Below, piece by piece: positions 28,016 to 32,607 of a stretch of 32,607 bases of DNA. The stretch's first letter is position 1. The number at the start of each line of letters is the position of its first letter. Below the pieces are notes generated by a model. It was not told the origin of the DNA. It made no database searches and was given only the letters and a program-made list of their open reading frames with translations. Source of the DNA: Acidimicrobiales bacterium (GTDB lineage Bacteria > Actinomycetota > Acidimicrobiia > Acidimicrobiales > JANYDT01); the NCBI GenBank assembly GCA_043772215.1, contig JAYVGK010000096.1, forward strand, positions 1 to 32,607, written 5' to 3'. The translations under genes and the position numbers were made by a program.

Positions 28016-28683
28016 TGGTGGGGGGTCATGAGGGCAATGGCCACAGTGGCCCCCGCCTTCGACGAGATGGTGGTGATCTGGCGGCCGGGTTGCACGGCGT
28101 CCACCGGTGCCTTCATAAGGTCACCGAGGAACGCGCCGGTTGCTTCGAGGTTTGCCACGGTGTATGCGATACCGAAGAAACGGGCGGGCTGTTCTGCCGC
28201 TTGCGGATCCACATCGGGCGAACCCACCACCTCCAGCACCACCTTGTCGGCATCGCCTCCGTCCGGATCACCGAGCCAAAAGAAGGCCTGGCTCATCGGC
28301 TTGCCATAGGCCTCGCCCTGACGTCGCCGGCGACAGGGTAAACCGAGGCGTTCAAGCGTGGACACGGTGCGCTCTACGTCGGGTGTCATGAGCACGAGGT
28401 GGTCGATGGAGGTGACGCCGTTGGAATGCCCGAGTGGCGCATCCGTCGGTGGGGTGGTCACTCCGGTGACCACGGTGGTGGGGAGGCCCTCGATGCTGGT
28501 GACGCCCTCCAGACCATCACCCTGCAGGGTCCAGGCCACGATGCCCTTGCCTGCCTCGGTGCTGGTGCCCAGGAAATCGTGTCTGGTGTGCCCCACGGTG
28601 GTGTGATTGTCGTGTACCCCAAACCCGAGGGCCGCCCACGTCTCAGGGATGTCGGCAACGCTGATGGCCACAAGTTCGATCAT
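28012..28683 (-). CDS. VOC/glyoxalase-like domain protein
   Basis: Two-lobed glyoxalase-like layout: MIELVAISVADIPETWAALGF, and IDHLVLMTPDVERTVSTLERLGL in the second half. Start taken at the ATG at 28683; a TTG at 28719 is the longest option. Confidence 0.65.
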   Translation of the reverse strand: MIELVAISVADIPETWAALGFGVHDNHTTVGHTRHDFLGTSTEAGKGIVAWTLQGDGLEGVTSIEGLPTTVVTGVTTPPTDAPLGHSNGVTSIDHLVLMTPDVERTVSTLERLGLPCRRRRQGEAYGKPMSQAFFWLGDPDGGDADKVVLEVVGSPDVDPQAAEQPARFFGIAYTVANLEATGAFLGDLMKAPVDAVQPGRQITTISSKAGATVAIALMTPHQ

Positions 28684-28779
28684 CCGGCGACGATACGGCC
28701 CAGCTTCAGCGCTCGCCAAGCGCCGAGTGGAGCCAGCGTTGCGGTGGGCGCAATCTCCGCCGTGCTCGATGAGGGTGGG

Positions 28780-29955
28780 TTATCCCTTGGCCGCCAAGGC
28801 GCTGGCGTATTTCGCGGTGGCTGCTTCCACCGCCGCCATGTTGGATTTCGACAGGTGTTCCCGAGCCGCCGCCGCTCGCGCCGCCGCTTGCTGGGTACTC
28901 CATGATTGCCCTTGGAACTGCGGCATCACATGCCGGGCAATGAGTTCATAGCTGCGCTTCATCCGCTCCGGATTGGCCCAATCGTGGGCCAGCATCAGAT
29001 ACGCACCGAAGCCCCCGTTGGACTGCTTCATCAGTCGGTCGATCTGCTCGCACGCTTCATCAGCGGTGCCGATGGTGCCCAAACCACTCTCATTCACAAA
29101 GTCGATGTATTCGCGCACGCTGGTGCCATCACCCACGGCCATCTGCGGGAAGGCGGCAGTGTGCTGGAAGTACTGGAACCACTTCTCGATACCGTGCTCC
29201 ACGTCCTTGTACGCCTGCTCTTTGGTTTCGGCGATGTGCATCATGCCCACCAGTCGCCACTTGTCGCGGTCAACCGCCGTGCCGAAGTGCACAGCCCGCT
29301 CCTCCATCACGTCCCAGTGCAGCCCGAGGATGTCGAAGCCGGCGGCCGTGGTGGCGCCAATGGACAGCAGCCCCATGCCGTACTGACCGGCGATGCTCGG
29401 CCCCGCTGGTGATGCCACCGCAGCCACCGCCATGTCGAACAACGGTTGCGAATACGGGCGTAGGTGTAGCCGCGCGTCCACCAATTTCCAACGATCGTTC
29501 TCGAACGTGACGGGCTCATCGGTGGTAAGCAGTTGATGCACGATGCCCACGCCCTGCTCCAACAATTCTCGGGTGCGAGGCATGTCGAGGCCGATCATGG
29601 CGGCGTCGGAGGGGAGCGACCCTGGGCCCATGCCGAGCATGAAGCGGCCCCGTGTCATGTGATCCAACTGCACGGCCCGCTCGGCCACCCAAAACGGGTT
29701 GTGATAGCTGATCGAAGTGACGCCGGTACCGAGTTTGATACGGCGTGTACGTTGGGCGGCGGCGGCAATGAAGATCTCCGGCGAGGCAATGATTTCGCTG
29801 CCGGCAGAGTGATGTTCGCCAATCCAGGCCTCGTCGTAGCCAAGGCGGTCAAGATGCTCGATGAGGCTGAGGTCGCCCTCGATGAGCAGCGTGGGATTTT
29901 CCCCCGCCGGGTGGAACGGGGCCAAGAAGATACCGAAACGGAGCCGATCAGACAT
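28780..29955 (-). CDS. LLM-class (luciferase-like) flavin-dependent monooxygenase
   Basis: MSDRLRFGIFLAPFH...LGYDEAWIGEHH...KLGTGV are typical LLM TIM-barrel motifs. GGGAGGA Shine-Dalgarno before the ATG at 29955. Confidence 0.88.
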   Translation of the reverse strand: MSDRLRFGIFLAPFHPAGENPTLLIEGDLSLIEHLDRLGYDEAWIGEHHSAGSEIIASPEIFIAAAAQRTRRIKLGTGVTSISYHNPFWVAERAVQLDHMTRGRFMLGMGPGSLPSDAAMIGLDMPRTRELLEQGVGIVHQLLTTDEPVTFENDRWKLVDARLHLRPYSQPLFDMAVAAVASPAGPSIAGQYGMGLLSIGATTAAGFDILGLHWDVMEERAVHFGTAVDRDKWRLVGMMHIAETKEQAYKDVEHGIEKWFQYFQHTAAFPQMAVGDGTSVREYIDFVNESGLGTIGTADEACEQIDRLMKQSNGGFGAYLMLAHDWANPERMKRSYELIARHVMPQFQGQSWSTQQAAARAAAAREHLSKSNMAAVEAATAKYASALAAKG

Positions 29956-30059
29956 GTGAATCCTCCCGTTGACTTCGCAGGGCGCGGTCACCACTGCTCA
30001 CGGCGAGGCTATTGCCTATCGGTGGCCTCTGTCACACCCGTGCTTTGCGGCGAGGCGCG

Positions 30060-30089
30060 AAAAGGCGCCGCCCTCGCAGGCGGCGCCTT
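30060..30089 (-). terminator. probable intrinsic terminator downstream of the bL37 gene
   Basis: Perfect inverted repeat AAGGCGCCGCC / GGCGGCGCCTT (30062-30072 / 30079-30089) with a 6-nt loop. On the minus-strand RNA the GC stem is followed by UUUU. It begins 26 nt after the bL37 stop. Confidence 0.55.
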
Positions 30090-30115
30090 GAATCGGTACT
30101 GCTGCGGATGGAGGG

Positions 30116-30202
30116 TTAGCCCCGACCGCAGTTCGGCTTGGTGCCGTGGTTTGCCTTCTTCTTGCGGGCCCGTAGGCGCGCCTTTTGCTTACGCTTCGAC
30201 AT
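30116..30202 (-). CDS. 50S ribosomal protein bL37 (28 aa, actinobacteria-specific)
   Basis: MSKRKQKARLRARKKKANHGTKPNCGRG has the highly basic N-terminus and the ANHG.(K/R)PN core of mycobacterial bL37. The ATG at 30202 lies inside a longer spurious track ORF (30116..30505). Confidence 0.7.
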   Translation of the reverse strand: MSKRKQKARLRARKKKANHGTKPNCGRG

Positions 30203-30256
30203 AGTGTGAGAAGTGTAGCGGGGCATCGGGGACCCTTGGACAGCGGCTCTACCATT

Positions 30257-30343
30257 CGGAATTTTGCGACCAAATGTTCTCGTTGCAAAATTGTGTCGCC
30301 TGTGCGGAATTTTGCGACGAGATGGGGTGGTCGCAAAATTCCG
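30257..30343. repeat. two tandem AT-rich palindromic units (14-nt arms, 11-nt spacers, 48-nt period) between the bL37 gene and ychF
   Basis: Unit 2: CGGAATTTTGCGAC (30305-30318) and its perfect reverse complement GTCGCAAAATTCCG (30330-30343). Unit 1: the same left arm (30257-30270) with an imperfect right arm GTTGCAAAATTGTG (30282-30295). Confidence 0.85.
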
Positions 30344-30386
30344 ACGAGATCCCGTCGGTGCGCAACCCGGTAGCCTCAACCGCCGT

Positions 30387-31473
<1,087 letters not shown>

Positions 31474-31481
<8 letters not shown>

Positions 31482-31497
31482 CCAAGTAGCCAAGTAG
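31474..31497 (+). repeat. 8-nt tandem repeat CCAAGTAG x3 spanning the ychF stop
   Basis: Three perfect copies. Because the unit is 8 nt, the TAGs at 31479, 31487 and 31495 fall in all three plus-strand frames. Confidence 0.9.
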
Positions 31498-31511
31498 CCC
31501 AGCTCGGTGTC

Positions 31512-31850
31512 GTGTTAGTAGTTGATGGGGTGGCAGTGGCCCCTCTGGAAATGGCCATCAGTCGTAAGCAACGGCGCCGGGGTTTGCTCAAGCGTGACGG
31601 CATCGACGGGGTCATGGCGTTTCCGGGCATCAATGCCGTACATACCATTGGTATGCGCTTTGCCATCGACGTGGCGTTCTGCGGGATAGAGATCGCCGGG
31701 CATCACACGGTGTTGCGAGTGAGGACAATGCAGCCTCGCCGTATCGGTCGCCCGGTACAGGGTTGTCATCTGTTGCTGGAGGCGCAGTCCGGAGCATTCC
31801 AACGCTGGGGCCTCCACGAAGGATCCATCATCGAGCTGGCGCTACCGTGA
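31512..31850 (+). CDS. DUF192 domain protein
   Basis: GTG start. RRRGLL..., VHTIGMRFAIDVAF and a C-terminal beta-rich segment resemble the DUF192/COG1430 family. The stop overlaps the rsmI GTG (GTGA at 31847-31850). Confidence 0.6.
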   Translation: MLVVDGVAVAPLEMAISRKQRRRGLLKRDGIDGVMAFPGINAVHTIGMRFAIDVAFCGIEIAGHHTVLRVRTMQPRRIGRPVQGCHLLLEAQSGAFQRWGLHEGSIIELALP

Positions 31851-32607
31851 ACGACGAGCAACACCGCCCGCAACCAGGCGAGCTGATCTTGGTGGCCACC
31901 CCAATCGGCAACCTCGGTGATTTGTCACCACGGGCGACGGAGGCGTTGCGCAATGCCGATGCCATTGCCTGCGAAGACACCCGCCATACCCGCAAGTTGC
32001 TCAGCGCGCAGAGCATCACAGGCAAACGGTTGCTGGCCGTACACGAGCACAACGAGGCTGATGCGGCCCAAGGCATCGTGGCTCTGGTGGCCCGCGGGCA
32101 ACGGGTGGCCCTGGTCACCGACGCTGGTACCCCAGGGATCTCCGACCCCGGCACTCGTGTGGTGGCGGCGGTGGTGGCTGAGGGACTGGCCGTGTCATGT
32201 ATCCCCGGTCCGGTTGCATTCATAAGTGCGCTGATAATCAGTGGGTTGGGCACTGACCGGTTTGTGTTTGAGGGGTTTCTGCCCGTGAAGGGCCATGATC
32301 GCCGCCGACTGCTGCAAGCCGTGGCTGGCGAAGTGCGCACCACAGTGCTGTACGAGTCTCCCCATCGCATTCTGGCCACGCTCACTGATCTCCACGGGGT
32401 GTGTGGCGGCGATCGCCGTGTCAGTGTCAGTCGCGAGCTCACCAAGCGGTTCGAGCAAACCTGGCGGGGTCGCCTCGTCGATGCCGTGGTCGCCATGGGT
32501 GAGCCTCGGGGTGAGTATGTCGTGGTGATCGAAGGTTTGCCTCCACCGCCCGAAGTCGAGGTGGACCTCGAGCACGCAGTGCGTACGCACTTGGCTACGA
32601 CAAGTGG
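31847..32607 (+). CDS. rsmI: 16S rRNA (cytidine1402-2'-O)-methyltransferase RsmI, 3'-partial (runs off the window)
   Basis: Not in the ORF track because there is no stop. Hand translation gives LILVATPIGNLGDLSPRATEALRNADAIACEDTRHTRKLL...TDAGTPGISDPG...FVFEGFLP...VLYESPHR...SRELTKRFE...GEYVVVIEG with no in-frame stop to 32607. Confidence 0.9.
   Translation, partial: MNDEQHRPQPGELILVATPIGNLGDLSPRATEALRNADAIACEDTRHTRKLLSAQSITGKRLLAVHEHNEADAAQGIVALVARGQRVALVTDAGTPGISDPGTRVVAAVVAEGLAVSCIPGPVAFISALIISGLGTDRFVFEGFLPVKGHDRRRLLQAVAGEVRTTVLYESPHRILATLTDLHGVCGGDRRVSVSRELTKRFEQTWRGRLVDAVVAMGEPRGEYVVVIEGLPPPPEVEVDLEHAVRTHLATTS

Overview
This is a high-GC, actinobacterial-type chromosomal segment. The tiny ribosomal protein bL37 gene and the codon bias support that placement. 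It is densely coding on both strands, and many genes are joined by ATGA/GTGA/TGATG start-stop overlaps. I saw no rRNA, tRNA, CRISPR array, transposase or integrase. Housekeeping genes are glmS, rmlB, pepN, a PfkB kinase, ychF, a DUF192 gene, rsmI (runs off the right edge) and bL37. Five parts look more interesting. (1) A minus-strand operon at 16.6-22.2 kb encodes a small coiled-coil protein, a BcsA/CrdS-like processive GT2 synthase, a single-pass membrane-fusion-like protein and a membrane-anchored GH81 endo-beta-1,3-glucanase. It looks like an undescribed actinobacterial beta-glucan synthesis/export/trimming system. A stand-alone class III cyclase is transcribed divergently from it. (2) A Bcp/PrxQ peroxiredoxin (26710-27168, minus) has an in-frame TGA exactly at the peroxidatic Cys codon, followed by a hairpin in SECIS position. 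It is a likely selenoprotein that ORF callers split in two. (3) A translationally coupled plus-strand operon encodes GAF-GGDQF-EAL, MurL-like epimerase, MurD2-like ligase and a fused ABC exporter with one degenerate ATP site. (4) A second processive GT2 lies in a co-directional string with a tiny TM ORF, a BI-1 family protein, a WXG100-like protein and an unknown 362-aa protein. (5) Two tandem AT-rich 14-bp-arm palindromic units lie between the bL37 gene and ychF. All functional calls come from motif recognition by eye; no searches were run.
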